Source: an uncultured Holophagales bacterium (lineage in GTDB: Bacteria > Acidobacteriota > Thermoanaerobaculia > Multivoradales > UBA5704). Taken from it: a stretch of 64,000 nt of DNA. Positions within the stretch are counted from its first letter, which is position 1; each line of letters starts with the position of its first letter. The notes under the pieces were generated by a model, which had not been told where the DNA came from, did no database searches, and worked only from the letters and a program-made list of their open reading frames with translations. The DNA lies in NCBI GenBank assembly GCA_963842525.1, contig CAWJGT010000014.1, positions 128,001 to 192,000 on the forward strand. Direction: 5' to 3'. The position numbers and the translations under genes were made by a program. Below are positions 1-13,530 of this stretch, piece after piece.

Positions 1-5
1 GCCTG

Positions 6-1355
6 GTGGGCGCGGGCGATCCTTATACGAAGGTCCCCTATTTCGCGGTCAAGGCCGCCGTAGCGCTGATCGGCAGCGCCTCGATCGGCCTGCTCCACGC
101 CGTGGCGCGGCCCTATCTCGGCCGGACCATCTCGCTCGTCGCGGCTCTCCTCTCCCTCTACTCGTTCGGCCTCTACGTCCTCCACGTGGCGCCGGTGACG
201 GAGGGGACATACCAGACGCTCCTCCTGCTCTGCCTTCTCCTCTGGACCCGCCGCTTCGAGCATCCGCTCGCCGCACCGCTCGAAAGTCCGCGGCCGGGCG
301 GCGTGGGAAGCGCCCTCCTTCTTAGCCTGATGCTGGGCCTGATGCTGGGATTCCTCGCCCTGATCCGGGCGGAAGGCGTCCTGGTCGGCCTGATCCTGGG
401 CGGGATCGGACTGCTGGGCTGGTGGAAGAAACCGCGCCCTCGCGAGTGGGCCGGCCTCCGGCCGTGGGCCTTGGTCCTCCTCGGCTGGGTTGTGATGGTG
501 GCGCCCTGGACGGCCCGCAATGCGGTTCGCCTGGCGGATTTCAACGCGCGGCAGGGAGCCTCCGAGCACCTCCCCACCTTCGTGCCGATCACGATCTACG
601 GGCCGATCAACCTCGCGCTGGCCAACAACCCGCAGGCGGACGGCACCTTCTCCCGCGCCTTCCTCAGCTCGGCGTCGCACTCCGACGTGCTCGACCTGCG
701 CGACCCGCAGCACCTGCGCTTCTTCCTCCACGGCGACGAGATGGCCTGGGACTGGATCAGGGCCGATCCGGGCGCCTTCGGGCGGCTCCTGCTGCGCAAG
801 TGGGGGCACTTCTTCGACGCCTGGCGGCTCGGCTGGACGCAGTGGGACTGGCCCGGCGGGCTCGCCGGCGTCCGCTGGCCGGTGGACGTCTTCGTCCCCG
901 ACTCCGGGATCGGTCTCTGGATCGGCCCGCCCCTGGCGTTCCTGGGCCTGGTGCTCTGCCTGGGAACGGCCGGCGGCCCGCGGCGCTGGGCTGCCCTGGT
1001 CCTCCTCCTGACCTCCGTCGGCCTGCTCGCCACCGGCCTCTTCTTCGGCTATGCCCGCCAGGGCCTCCTCTATCTCCCCTTCTGGAGCTCCCTGGCCGCC
1101 GCCGCCCTGGTGGCCCTCGTCCGCCGCCTCACGCACCGCGGTGAAAGCTGGGGTCTCCCGTCCCCGGACGCCCCCCTCGCACCCAACCTGCTCCGCATCC
1201 TGGGCGGCGCCGCCCTCGTCCTCCTCCTGCTCGAAGCCTGGGGAGCGACCACCGACCGCAATTACAAGGCGACCGGCACCAATGTGGCCGGGGAGACCTA
1301 CCTCAACCGGGACGATCCGATGCGGCTGGAGGTCCTGCCGCCGAAGCCGGAGTGA
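6..1355 (+). CDS. Polytopic membrane protein, ArnT/GT-C glycosyltransferase-like (5' truncated by window edge)
   Basis: Many hydrophobic helices; motifs LIRAE, PWTARN, ANNP typical of GT-C/PMT-like proteins. Confidence 0.55.
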   Translation: MGAGDPYTKVPYFAVKAAVALIGSASIGLLHAVARPYLGRTISLVAALLSLYSFGLYVLHVAPVTEGTYQTLLLLCLLLWTRRFEHPLAAPLESPRPGGVGSALLLSLMLGLMLGFLALIRAEGVLVGLILGGIGLLGWWKKPRPREWAGLRPWALVLLGWVVMVAPWTARNAVRLADFNARQGASEHLPTFVPITIYGPINLALANNPQADGTFSRAFLSSASHSDVLDLRDPQHLRFFLHGDEMAWDWIRADPGAFGRLLLRKWGHFFDAWRLGWTQWDWPGGLAGVRWPVDVFVPDSGIGLWIGPPLAFLGLVLCLGTAGGPRRWAALVLLLTSVGLLATGLFFGYARQGLLYLPFWSSLAAAALVALVRRLTHRGESWGLPSPDAPLAPNLLRILGGAALVLLLLEAWGATTDRNYKATGTNVAGETYLNRDDPMRLEVLPPKPE

Positions 1356-1358
1356 ACG

Positions 1359-3449
<2,091 letters not shown>

Positions 3450-3616
3450 GGGGACATTGTGGCACTCCCCACCTTACAGACTGCATTACCCCGGCGCTCC
3501 TCCCCTCGCGAGAGCCTGGCAAGGTTCCTGCAGTAAACAGGGGCACGAGGGGCCGGAGGGCCAACCGGATCCGACACCAGAGCCCCTCGTAAGTCACGGA
3601 AGGAAGGAGGCTTACG

Positions 3617-4024
3617 ATGATTAGCAACGAACGCAATCGCACCGGCGCCTTCATGCGCCTGCTCCTCTGCGCCGCCCTGTTGACGGCGCTCCCGCTGGTC
3701 ACCGCCTGCGGCCACAACGAGAACGCAGGCCCCGGAGACCAGGCCGTTCAGGTCCAGGTCAACGACCAGCAGATCCAGATGCCGGCTTCTCTGCCGAGCG
3801 GCATGACCACGTTCGAGGTCACCAATACCGGAAGCCTCGAGCACAGCTTCGGGATCGCCGGCCCGGCCGGTGACAAGGTGCTGGATGAGCCCCTGAAGCC
3901 CGGCGAGACCGCCGAGCTCGAGATGGAGCTGGGCACCGGCACCTACCGGGTATACTGCCCTGGCGACCGAGCCATGCAGGTGGCCCTGAACGTCACGCCC
4001 AACGTTGGCGCCGGGCAGGGTTGA
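3617..4024 (+). CDS. Cupredoxin-domain lipoprotein (EfeO N-terminal-like)
   Basis: Lipobox VTAC; TFEVTNTG..EHSF and GTYRVYCP motifs. Confidence 0.65.
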   Translation: MISNERNRTGAFMRLLLCAALLTALPLVTACGHNENAGPGDQAVQVQVNDQQIQMPASLPSGMTTFEVTNTGSLEHSFGIAGPAGDKVLDEPLKPGETAELEMELGTGTYRVYCPGDRAMQVALNVTPNVGAGQG

Positions 4025-4095
4025 GCTGAGATCGTCATGATCCCAGGCGCGTCCGCACGAGTCGGGCGCGCCCCCCGCCGTTTCTTCCCCAAATA

Positions 4096-5208
4096 CTACA
4101 GCAGCTCGCCGAACGGCTTGTACGGCCGGCCCTGGGATACCGCCACCGGCTGGCTGGTGATATGGCCGCGGTAGGTGTTGACCCCCAACAGCAGACCCGG
4201 ATCGTCCTGCACCGCCTGGAGCACCCCCTTGTTGGCCAGGGAAAGTGCATACGGCAACGTCGCATTGTTGAGCGCGAAGGTCGAGGTGCGCGGCATGGCG
4301 CCCGGCATATTGGCCACGCAGTAGTGCACCACGCCGTCCACCACGTAGATCGGGTCGGAGTGGGTCGTCGGACGGGTGGTCTCGAAGCACCCGCCCTGGT
4401 CGACCGCGACGTCGACCACGACCGCTCCTTCCTTCATCAGCTTGAGCATCTCCCGCGTCACGAGCTTGGGGGCCGAGGCGCCGGGGATCAGCACCGCGCC
4501 GATGAGCAGGTCGGTGCGGCGCAGCGCGGCGCGCAGATTGTACTGATTGCTCGCCAGGGTGGTGACGGCGCCGTGGAACAGGTCGTCGATCTGGCGCAGC
4601 TTGTCGAGGTTGGTGTCGAGCACGGTCACCCGGGCGCCGAGGCCGAGGGCCATCTTGATCGAGTTGAGGCCGACGATGCCGCCGCCGAGGACCACCACGT
4701 CGCCCGGGGGCACGCCCGGCACGCCGGCAAGCAGGGTGCCGCGTCCGCCGAGGAACTTCTGGAGGTAGCTCGCTCCCACCACCACCGCCATCCGCCCCGC
4801 CACCTCCGACATGGGCGTCAGCAGGGGGAGCCGGCGCTGGCGGTCCTCGATCGTCTCGTAGGCGATGCCGGTGACATGCCGCTCGAGCAGCACGTCGGTG
4901 AGCTCCGGCAGCGGCGCCAGGTGAAGATAGGTGAACAGGATCTGGCCCGAGCGCAGCAGGTCGTACTCCGGAGTGACCGGCTCCTTGACCTTGACGATCA
5001 TCTCGGCCCAGCCGTAGACGGCTCCGGCGTCGGGCACCAGGCGGGCGCCCGCGGTCGTGTAGTCCTCGTTCGGGATGCCGCTGCCGAGGCCGGCCCCCTC
5101 CTGCACCACGACTTCGTGGCCGGCAGTGACCAGGGCATGCACGCCGGCCGGGATCATCCCGACCCGGTACTCGTGATCCTTGATTTCCTTCGGGATTCCA
5201 ATGCGCAC
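4096..5208 (-). CDS. ald: Alanine dehydrogenase
   Basis: [54 protein letters not shown]. Confidence 0.97.
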   Translation of the reverse strand: MRIGIPKEIKDHEYRVGMIPAGVHALVTAGHEVVVQEGAGLGSGIPNEDYTTAGARLVPDAGAVYGWAEMIVKVKEPVTPEYDLLRSGQILFTYLHLAPLPELTDVLLERHVTGIAYETIEDRQRRLPLLTPMSEVAGRMAVVVGASYLQKFLGGRGTLLAGVPGVPPGDVVVLGGGIVGLNSIKMALGLGARVTVLDTNLDKLRQIDDLFHGAVTTLASNQYNLRAALRRTDLLIGAVLIPGASAPKLVTREMLKLMKEGAVVVDVAVDQGGCFETTRPTTHSDPIYVVDGVVHYCVANMPGAMPRTSTFALNNATLPYALSLANKGVLQAVQDDPGLLLGVNTYRGHITSQPVAVSQGRPYKPFGELL

Positions 5209-5211
5209 GTT

Positions 5212-5757
5212 TTAGCTCCCCGTCTCGGCCGGCGTCCTTGTTGAGGTCCCTGCGTCGCCGCCCTTGGGACGGCGCGGCTCGCTGCCCTTCTCTCGGTCTT
5301 CCCTGCCTCTCTCGGCTCTCTCGCGCTCCCGTTCCTTCTCCGCTTGTTCTCCCTTCATCTCCACCCGGCCTTTGAAGAAGGCCCCTTCGGCGATGACGAC
5401 CCGGGGCGCAGCCATGTCGCCTTCCACGCTGCCGGACGGCGCCACCTCGATGCGCTCCGAGGCATGGACGTTGCCGATCACCCGCCCGCTCACCCGCACG
5501 ACCTGGGCGGTGATGGGCCCCTGCACCATCCCCTCGTTGCCGATCATCACGGAGGCGTCGATCCCGATCTCACCCTCCACCTCGCCCTCGATCAGGAGCT
5601 CGGTAGGACCCGAGAGCCGGCCCTCGATCCGTGTGCCGGGCGCGATGTGGGTGAGCCGCCGCCTCTGGGCCGCGGACGAAGAATGGGATGACGATGCGTC
5701 CGGAGAGCCGGCCGGGGCGGACGAAGGAGCGTTGTCGCGACGAGAAAAAATCGGCAT
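5212..5757 (-). CDS. Bactofilin (polymer-forming cytoskeletal protein)
   Basis: Beta-helix pattern IEGEVEGEI..VSGRVIGNV..VEGDMAAPRVVIAEGAFFKGRVEM. Confidence 0.9.
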   Translation of the reverse strand: MPIFSRRDNAPSSAPAGSPDASSSHSSSAAQRRRLTHIAPGTRIEGRLSGPTELLIEGEVEGEIGIDASVMIGNEGMVQGPITAQVVRVSGRVIGNVHASERIEVAPSGSVEGDMAAPRVVIAEGAFFKGRVEMKGEQAEKERERERAERGREDREKGSEPRRPKGGDAGTSTRTPAETGS

Positions 5758-5821
5758 AGACCCCTGACGTATGAAGGGCGGCCGAGCCCAGTGCCCGTAC
5801 CGCCCGGGAGAAACGCGCTAT

Positions 5822-5897
5822 TGGAGCGGGCAACGGGACTCGAACCCGCGACATCAAGCTTGGGAAGCTTGCACTCTACCAACTGAGTTATGCCCGC
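5822..5897 (-). tRNA. tRNA-Gly(CCC)
   Basis: Reverse complement GCGGGCATAACTCAGTTGGTAGAGTGCAAGCTTCCCAAGCTTGATGTCGCGGGTTCGAGTCCCGTTGCCCGCTCCA: cloverleaf, anticodon CCC, TTCGA loop, 3' CCA. Confidence 0.97.
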
Positions 5898-5988
5898 CCG
5901 ACGAATCGAGCGGAAAGAAATGTATCCAACCCCGGGAGCGCGGTCAAGTAGCGCTCCCAGCCAGGATAGACCGGCTATACTCTGAGGC

Positions 5989-6276
5989 ATGCAAGGCTCC
6001 GGCAGACCGCGCAACGGCGACCGCTCCTCCGAGACCCTCTACTTCTTCCCCGACCAGCCGGTCACGGCGGAGGAGGTCCGCCGGATCTTGCGGCAGGGCA
6101 GTGCCGAGCAACGCGCCTGGGTGATCTCCCATCTCCTGCGCTACGCCCAGTGGGACGACATCTGGACCTACACCAGCCGCGAGGAGGTCAAGGAGATCTT
6201 CAACGACCTCGACCTCCCCGAGAACCTCCGCAACGCCTGGGCCCGCATGCTGAAGATCGAAGCGCCGGTGGGGTAG
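5989..6276 (+). CDS. Small helical hypothetical protein
   Basis: 95-aa ORF with GC3-biased codons, divergent from tRNA. Confidence 0.6.
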   Translation: MQGSGRPRNGDRSSETLYFFPDQPVTAEEVRRILRQGSAEQRAWVISHLLRYAQWDDIWTYTSREEVKEIFNDLDLPENLRNAWARMLKIEAPVG

Positions 6277-6277
6277 A

Positions 6278-6324
6278 CCCCCTCCCCGACCCTCCCCCGC
6301 ACGGGGGAGGGTCGGGGAGGGGGC
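6278..6324. terminator. GC-rich hairpin between convergent genes
   Basis: CCCCCTCCCCGACCTCCCC...GGGGAGGGTCGGGGAGGGGG inverted repeat between stops at 6276 and 6325. Confidence 0.55.
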
Positions 6325-7341
6325 CTAATCCCCCATCACCATCTCGCCCAGGTCTCCCAGGATCGTGCCCTCGCCCACGCGGCCCTTGCCGCGCACCGGG
6401 ATGGCCGACAGCACCCGCTTCGCCAGCCGGCTGAAGGGGAGCGACTGCAGCCAGATCCTCCCGGGGCCGGTGAGGGTCGCGAAGAACAGCCCCTCGCCGC
6501 CGAAGAACATGGTCTTGATCCCCTTCACCATCTGGATGTCGTAGCCCACCGTGCTCTCGAAGGCCACCAGGCAGCCGGTGTCGACCCGCAACGCCTCGCC
6601 GGCCACCAGCTCGCGCGACAGGATCGTGCCGCCCGAGTGGACGAAGGCGAGCCCGTCCCCCTCGAGCTTCTGGAGGATGAACCCCTCGCCGCCGAACAGG
6701 CCGGCGCCCAGCCTGCGATTGAACGCGATCCCTACCGAGATCCCCTTGGCCGCGCAGAGGAAGGCGTCCTTCTCGCAGAGGATCCGGCCGCCGTGCTGCC
6801 GCAGGTCGAGCGGGATGATCTTGCCCGGGTAGGGCGCGGCGAAGGCCACCTTCTGCCGGGTCCCGGCGGCATTGCCGAAGACCGTCATGAACAGCGACTC
6901 GCCGGTGATCACCCGCTTGCCGGCCGAGAGCAGCTTGTCCATGAAGCCGCCGCCCTGCTGCCCCGAGCCGTCGCCGAAGACGGTTTCCATCTGGATGCCC
7001 GGGTCCATGTAAAGGAAGGCGCCCGCCTCGGCCACGCAGGCCTCGCCCGGGTCGAGGGTGATCTCGACGTACTGCATGTCCTCGCCGAACAGCTCGAAGT
7101 CGATCTCGTGCGCAGCAAAACCCCGCGGCGGAGGCGGAGGCGGCGCCCCTACGCCCGTCCCGCCGAAGGCGACCGCGAAGTCCGGATGGCTGTGGATGGG
7201 CACCCAGTTGGCCATGCCCGTCGAGAAGATGTGGGCATCCCGTCCGAAACGGCCGCTCTGGATGCCGGCGATCACGTCCTCCCGGCTCATCGGGCCCTGC
7301 TGCTGCCCGCCGACGGCTATGTACCAGGTATTGTCGCTCAT
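6325..7341 (-). CDS. TIGR00266/AIM24 family protein with N-terminal GYF_2 domain
   Basis: [17 protein letters not shown] (GYF_2); [34 protein letters not shown] (AIM24). Confidence 0.9.
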   Translation of the reverse strand: MSDNTWYIAVGGQQQGPMSREDVIAGIQSGRFGRDAHIFSTGMANWVPIHSHPDFAVAFGGTGVGAPPPPPPRGFAAHEIDFELFGEDMQYVEITLDPGEACVAEAGAFLYMDPGIQMETVFGDGSGQQGGGFMDKLLSAGKRVITGESLFMTVFGNAAGTRQKVAFAAPYPGKIIPLDLRQHGGRILCEKDAFLCAAKGISVGIAFNRRLGAGLFGGEGFILQKLEGDGLAFVHSGGTILSRELVAGEALRVDTGCLVAFESTVGYDIQMVKGIKTMFFGGEGLFFATLTGPGRIWLQSLPFSRLAKRVLSAIPVRGKGRVGEGTILGDLGEMVMGD

Positions 7342-7427
7342 GGGTTTTCCCTTTCGGATACGGTGTGGATGATCGGAAAGAAAGACGCCCTGACGGCGGT
7401 GGAGACGGAGAGGTCCGTGGTCACGGA

Positions 7428-8228
7428 CTAGGGCGTCTCTACAGGAACGAATGTGGCCTCGAATAGTTTCGGCCAGTTCTTGCCGGTGATCAGGAACGTT
7501 TTCGTCTCGGGCTTCCAGGCAATGCCGTTCAGGACCTCGGCCCGGGCCGCCTCCTGCCACGTGAGCAGGCCCGAGGCGTCGACTACGGCCGTGACCACTC
7601 CGGTCGCGGGATCGATGCGCACGATCTGGTCAGTCTTCCAGACGTTGGCCCAGACCGCGCCGTCCACGCACTCCAGCTCGTTGATCTCCAGGAGGGGCCG
7701 GCCCTCCAGGGTGACGTCGACGCCGCCGACCGAGGCGAAGGTCTGGGGATCGCGGAAGGTCAGGTGATCGGTGCCGTCGCTCATCACGAGCCGGCTGCCG
7801 TCCCAGCAGAGGCCCCAGCCCTCTCCGCTGTATTGGAGCTGCCCCCGCGGCTTGAAGTCGGAGGCGCTCCAGACGAAAGCGGTCTCCTCCTGCCAGGTGA
7901 GCTGGATCAGCCGGTCGCCGACCAGGGCCAGCCCTTCGGCGAAAGTGCTCTGCGGAAGCGGCAGGAAGCGGAGCACCTCGCCCGTTGTCGGATGGACCTG
8001 CCGCAGGCTGGAGGAGCCGTACTGCCCCGTGCTCTCGTAGAGCTTCCCGTCGTGCCAGGCCAGCCCCTGGGTGTAGGCCGCCGGATCGTGGTGCACGGAC
8101 GCGAGGACCTTGACCTTCAGACGCTCGGGTCTCTTCACAGGTGCGGTGGCGGCGGTGTCGGAAGACGGCGCGGCGGGCTGGCAGGAGCCCAGGGTCAGCA
8201 GCACCAGCCCGAGTCGCCCGACGAGCAT
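7428..8228 (-). CDS. Glutaminyl-peptide cyclotransferase (lipoprotein)
   Basis: [44 protein letters not shown]. Confidence 0.92.
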   Translation of the reverse strand: MLVGRLGLVLLTLGSCQPAAPSSDTAATAPVKRPERLKVKVLASVHHDPAAYTQGLAWHDGKLYESTGQYGSSSLRQVHPTTGEVLRFLPLPQSTFAEGLALVGDRLIQLTWQEETAFVWSASDFKPRGQLQYSGEGWGLCWDGSRLVMSDGTDHLTFRDPQTFASVGGVDVTLEGRPLLEINELECVDGAVWANVWKTDQIVRIDPATGVVTAVVDASGLLTWQEAARAEVLNGIAWKPETKTFLITGKNWPKLFEATFVPVETP

Positions 8229-8233
8229 CACCC

Positions 8234-10814
8234 TCACCCCTCCCATGAGCAGCCGCTCAGCCCTTGGGGTAGCGCCGCGGGGAGCCCCATGGGCGCGGAG
8301 CCGATGGGCTGGCCCGGGGGCGGCGGAGGCGGCTGGGGACGCTCTTCGGTCTTCGTCTCCGGCCGGTCGAGGTAGCGCCCGATCTCGTCCGCCAGGAACG
8401 CCCGCTGCGCCGCTTCGGGGTCGTCCATCCCTCCCTTGGCCCCTGCCGTGAGCCGCTGGCGCAGGGCGCGCAGCTCGGCGTCGACCCGTGCGCGGACGCC
8501 GGGCGAGGCCTCCGGATTGGCCGACAGGCCGATCATCCGCCGCACCACGACCCACTGCACGACCCGGCGCAGCTCGGCTTGGCGGGCCTGCGGCGCGCCA
8601 CCGCCGAAGGCCTTCTCCACCATCCCGCCGAGCACGTCCTCCAGGCCCGGGAGCTTCGGGTCGCGGCGGTGGAAGTCCACCAGGCGGGCGGCCCGTTCGG
8701 GACGCAGCAGCCCCTGGACCGCCATGTCGGCTGCGGCGGACGCGGCGGCCAGCGGGTCGAACACCGGATCGGCCGCCCCGCTGGAACAGCTCCTCGTTGG
8801 GCTCGTACCCGGCGGGCCGCGGCAGCAGCAGAGCCAGGACCGGCTCGGGGAGGTCGAGCGTCTCGGGCGACAGAGTGTCCAGGATCGCCGCCAGGGCCTG
8901 CCGCTGCTTCTCGGCGCCGATCGGCTGCGCCGGCGGCTGGCCGTCGCCGCGCAGGGCGTAGGTGTACTGCATGCCGCCCACGGCCTTGAGCGCCGCGTCG
9001 AGCTGGTAGCGGTGATGGAAATAGAGCGGCACCAGGACCTCCTGGAGCAGGGCCAGCGGCCGGCCGGCGGCGATGTTGTGCTCGCCGAAGCGCGAGAGGC
9101 CGATCCGCCGCACCGCGAGGGCGTGGCGCAGCGCCTCGACCGCATCGGAGCCGTTGTCCCACAGTGCGGCGCGCGGGTCTGCGCCGCCCGCGGGCCCGGG
9201 CGTCCTCGTCGGTCAGGAACAGCAGGCCGCCACGCAGGGCGTCCTGCACCATCGCGTCGAGCGCCGCCGGCACGTTCGTCCCCGGCGGGAACTCGCGTGT
9301 AGGCGTAGCGGATCGCGAACACGTCCCACGCCCCCACGCCGGTCGCGTAGGCGGACGAGAAGTCGAGATTGCCGTCGGGCGTGACGCCGATCAGCGGATG
9401 CGGATAGTCCATCACCGAGGCGCGGCCATAGGTGCTGGCGGCGAAGTTGTGGGTGAGCCCCAGGCGTGCCCGACCTCATGAGCGGCGAGCTGGCGGATGC
9501 GCGCCAGCGCCAGCAGGACAGGATCGTCGGCAGCGCCGGTGCCGGTCTTCTCCGTGCCCGCCAGCCCCTCGAAGATCAGGCGGTCCTGCCGCACGCGGAG
9601 AGAGCCGAGCGTCACGTGCCCGTTCATGGATCTCGCCCGTGCGCGGATCGATCAGCCCGCCGCCGTAGGACCAGCCGCGGGTCGAGCGGTGCACCCACTG
9701 GACGACGTTGTAGCGGGCGTCCAGCGGGTGGACGCCCGGCGGCAGCAGCTTCACGCGGTAGGCATCGATGAACCCGGCCTTCTCGAAGGCCTCCCGCCAC
9801 CAGCCCGCCCCTTCGAGCAGTGCGCTGCGCACCGGCTCGGGGGCGCCGGAATCGACATAGTAGACGATCGGCTTCTTGACCCGCGACGCGCTCGGCCGTA
9901 GGATCGATCTTCTCCAGCCGGTGGCGGACGATCCAGCGCGTATCGATCGGCGCGGCGAGCGGCGCCGCATAGTTCATGAAGTCGACCGAAAACGAGCCGG
10001 CGCGCGGATCGAACGGCCGGGGCTCATAGCCGGCGTCGGGCAGACGCAGCAGCGAATGGTGCTGGACCAGGGTGACTGCGCTGGGCGTGGGGGCCGTGTC
10101 GCGCACCAGCGGGCCCGGCTCGGCCGACTGCTAGGTCAGCAGCGCCTCGAATTCCAGGTTTTCGGGGAAGGCCAGGCAGTTCTCGAGGTCCAGGACGCTC
10201 CGCTCGGCGTCGAGCGACCAGTTGCCCTGCTCGGCCCGCCTTGAGCCGTCGGCCACGAGTCGTGGGCGTCACGCACGAGGAAGCTGGTGAAGTCGACCAG
10301 CGCCCGCCCGTCCGGCTCCGTCGCCGTCGATCGTCGCCGGCCCACAGGACCGACGTGGCGAACGACTCGCGCACCGTCCGGATGCTCGTCGGCGTCCTCG
10401 GAAAGCGCGCGGAACCCAGGTTCGGCTGCTCGACGAGCACCCGGCCGCCGAGCCGGCGCAGGGTCACCATCCGGGTGTCGCCGAGCTGGCCGCGGTCGAG
10501 CCCCACCGGGTTCGAGCCCAGGCCGGTCAGCAGCGCCTTCGGAATAGATGTAGCTCCCCACCTCCCCACCCTGGTCCGGAGGCCGGCGGCACCTCCAGCC
10601 AGACCTTGCCGGCCTTCTGGCGGTCGACATAGAACGTGAGAAGGCCTTCCTTCTTTTCCATCCCGGCAGTCTTGCCGGCGATTCCTTCGGTAGCTTCGGC
10701 GGTCTTGTCGTCCTTCTTGGCATTCCGTTGTGCAATGCCCGGCAGCGGTGCGGCGAGGGAAATGGCGAAGAGGCAGAGGGTGGTGACAAAAGATCTGGAG
10801 ATCAAAAAATTCAT
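8234..10814 (-). pseudogene. Zinc-dependent metalloprotease (DUF5117/DUF4953 met-zincin type), multiply frameshifted
   Basis: Fragments in different frames: [32 protein letters not shown] (HExxH), MDYPHP, LYFHHRYQ; many indels, possibly sequencing errors. Confidence 0.8.
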
Positions 10815-11155
10815 AAGTGCTCTCGAAAGATGCCCGGGTCGCCCGGGGCGGAAAGTCTATCACCGGGGTTTCCCGGCGAGAGGGAGCCGGGACGGGGGCG
10901 ATCGAGGCGACGGAGCCGGACGGGCGGGTGCTCGCGCCGCGCCCAGGGTTCACACCCTGGGGTGTCAACCCGGGGGAGCGGGCGCGTCCCTGTCAGGTAA
11001 GTAATGCATATCCTTCATCGTGATGACCGACCTCAGGATCACCGACGCTCTTACCACGGACATCCACTACGAACAGGCTGGTTTTCGGGCACTCCTTCGG
11101 GGGGGCACGGCCTAACGTCTTAAAAGCTCCGCGAGCTGTTACACTCCACCGGCAA

Positions 11156-13202
11156 ATGAGCGACAGCACTTCTCTGGCGCTGACTGGATATCTCGGCCAG
11201 GCGGCCTGCGCGGTGCTGATCGCTGTGGTGCTGCAGATGTTCCACCGGCACTACCGGCGGGAGTACCTGCGGCACTGGGCCTGGAGCTGGTGGGCGTTCG
11301 CCGTCTATCTGCTCTGCGCGGCGGCGGGGCTCTATCTGCGCGGGATGCCGGCCATGTCGCCGGTGCGGCTGGGCTTCTCGACCCTGGCGTTGTTGGGCGG
11401 CTATGGGCAGATCTGCTGGCTGCTCTTCGGCACCTACGAGGTGGCCACCGGGAAGACCGTCCCGCGCCATGTGTCGCGCTGGGTGCTCGGGGCGCTGCTC
11501 GTGCTGGCCCCGCTCACGGTCCTGGCGACCGCCGACCTTTCCGGTACGGCGCGTCTGATGTCCCGGCTTGGCATCCGGGTGCTGATGTCCGGCCTGGCTT
11601 TCTGTGCCGCGGCCTGGGGCATCCTGCGCGGCCGGCTGCGGACGGCGGGGCTTGGGCGCAAGCTGATGGGCGGCGCCTTCCTCCTCTACGGTCTGGACCA
11701 GCTCCAATACTTCGGCGGCTTCGTCGCCCACGCCTGGCTGAATCGGTCCATGGACTACATGAACCTGCTGAGCGGGCTCGACCTGCTCCTCCAGGCGGTC
11801 ATGGGGATGGGCATGGTCATCTGGCTGCTCGAAGAGGAGCGCGGATACCTCATGGCCGCGGCCGAGCAGATCGAGCACCTCGCCTATCACGACACCCTGA
11901 CCGGCCTGCCCAACCGCAACCTCTTCATGGACCACCTGCGGCTGGCCCTTGCCTTGGCCCACCGCGACCGCCGCAGCGTCGCGGTCCTGTTCCTCGACCT
12001 GGACCGTTTCAAGACCATCAACGACTCGCTGGGCCACAGCGCCGGCGACGAGCTGCTGCGCATCGTGGCCTCCCGCCTGCGTATCGGGCTGCGGGACGGC
12101 GACACCGTGGCCCGGCTCGGCGGTGACGAGCTCGCCGTGGTACTGCCTGCGGTGGAGGACGAGCGCGCCGCCGTCCGCGTGGCCGAAAAGATCCTCGACC
12201 TGGTCCGCCGCCCCCTCATCCTCCACGACCGCGAGATCGTCGTCACCTGCAGCATCGGCATCAGCCTGTTCCCGCGCGACGATCAGGCGTCCGAAGAGCT
12301 GCTCAAGAAGGCCGATATCGCCATGTACCAGGCCAAGCAGCGGGGGCGCGATGCCTTCCAGGTCTACCTGCCCACCATGGACGCCGACGCCCTCGAACGG
12401 CTGTCCCTGGAGAACGACCTGCGCCGGGCCCTGGCCCACGAAGAGCTCTGCCTCTACTACCAGCCGATCCTCGACTGCCGGACGGGACGGATCGAAGCCG
12501 TCGAGGCGCTGCTGCGCTGGCACCATCCGCAACGCGGCCTGATGCGGCCCGGCGAGTTCCTGCCCATCGCCGAGCATGCGGGCCTGAGCAAGCCGATCGA
12601 CCTCTGGGTGCTGCATACCGCCTGCCGGGAGATCCGCTCCTGGCACCAGGCCGGCGCGGACGTGCGGGTCACGGTCAACCTCTCGGCCCGCCCCTTCCAG
12701 CAGCGGGACCTGATCGTGCAGGTGCAGAACGCTCTGGAAGAGGCCGGCCTCGCCGCCAGCTTCCTGGAAGCTCGAAATCACCGAGACCCTGGCCATGCAG
12801 AACGCCGAGGTGAGCCTGGGAGTGCTGCGCGCCCTCAAGGACCTCGGCCTGCGCATCGCCATCGACGACTTCGGTACCGGGTATTCCTCTCTGTCGTACC
12901 TGCGGATCTTCCCGATCGACACGCTGAAGATCGACGGGTCCTTCGTCCGCTCCCTGAACGCCGGGGGGGACGTCCATGCCGAGATCCCGGCGGCGATCAT
13001 CGCCCTCGCCCACAGCCTCCAGATCCGGGTCGTGGCCGAAGGGGTCGAGGAAGAAGCGCAGTGGCGTCTCCTGCACGAGAAGGGCTGCGACGAGGTCCAG
13101 GGCTACTACTTCAGCCACCCCATCCCGGCGGACGAATGCCGGGAGCTGATCCTGCGCCAGGAGGCCGGGAGGGGGAACGGGAAGGTGGCGCTGGCGGGAT
13201 GA
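11156..13202 (+). CDS. Membrane-anchored GGDEF-EAL protein (one frameshift near 12770)
   Basis: Multi-TM N-terminus; YHDTLTGLPNR, RLGGDEL, VEALLRW; continues in a second frame with IDDFGTGYSSL, VAEGVE, QGYYFS. Confidence 0.9.
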
Positions 13203-13357
13203 GGGCCCTCACCCCCGGCCCCTCTCCCATCCGCACTCCCCAACCACCGGGAGAGGGGAGAAAATCGTTCAAGCCTGTTTTCGATCTCCTTCTTTCCCCC
13301 CTCTCCCGGGCGGGAGTGAGTGCGGATGGGAGAGGGGGGCCAGGGGGGTGAGGGCCC
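13203..13357. repeat. REP-like palindromic element, family A (CCCTCACCCC..CCCCTCTCCC / GGGAGAGGGG..GGGGTGAGGG)
   Basis: Long nested inverted repeat; related copies at about 16930, 17954, 18487, 20355, 21007 and 49583. Confidence 0.8.
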
Positions 13358-13364
13358 CGGAAAT

Positions 13365-13393
13365 TTGACTCTCTCCGTCAACGTTTGTACGAT
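13365..13393 (+). promoter_or_regulatory. sigma70-type promoter of DEAD-box helicase
   Basis: TTGACT-17 nt-TACGAT, about 140 bp upstream of ATG 13531. Confidence 0.6.
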
Positions 13394-13530
13394 ACGGCCG
13401 TGGTTGGCTGCCGCTCCCGCTTGAGGCATCTCACCATTCCGCTACTTTTTTCGCCCAGGATCGCCGCGTTTTTCGGAAGGGAGCGCCGGGACGGCAGATC
13501 TCCTTCGGGCATTGCTTACAAGCGAGATCC

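Noticed and set aside
5822-5897. tRNA-Gly as an integration site for an island
   Set aside because: No integrase or duplicated tRNA 3' end seen in the window
8234-10814. Dense frameshifts in the metalloprotease as programmed recoding or true decay
   Set aside because: Many scattered single-base indels with otherwise intact motifs look like low-coverage read errors; cannot be resolved without reads
12760-12795. Split GGDEF and EAL genes
   Set aside because: One indel restores a standard GGDEF-EAL protein; likely a sequencing error
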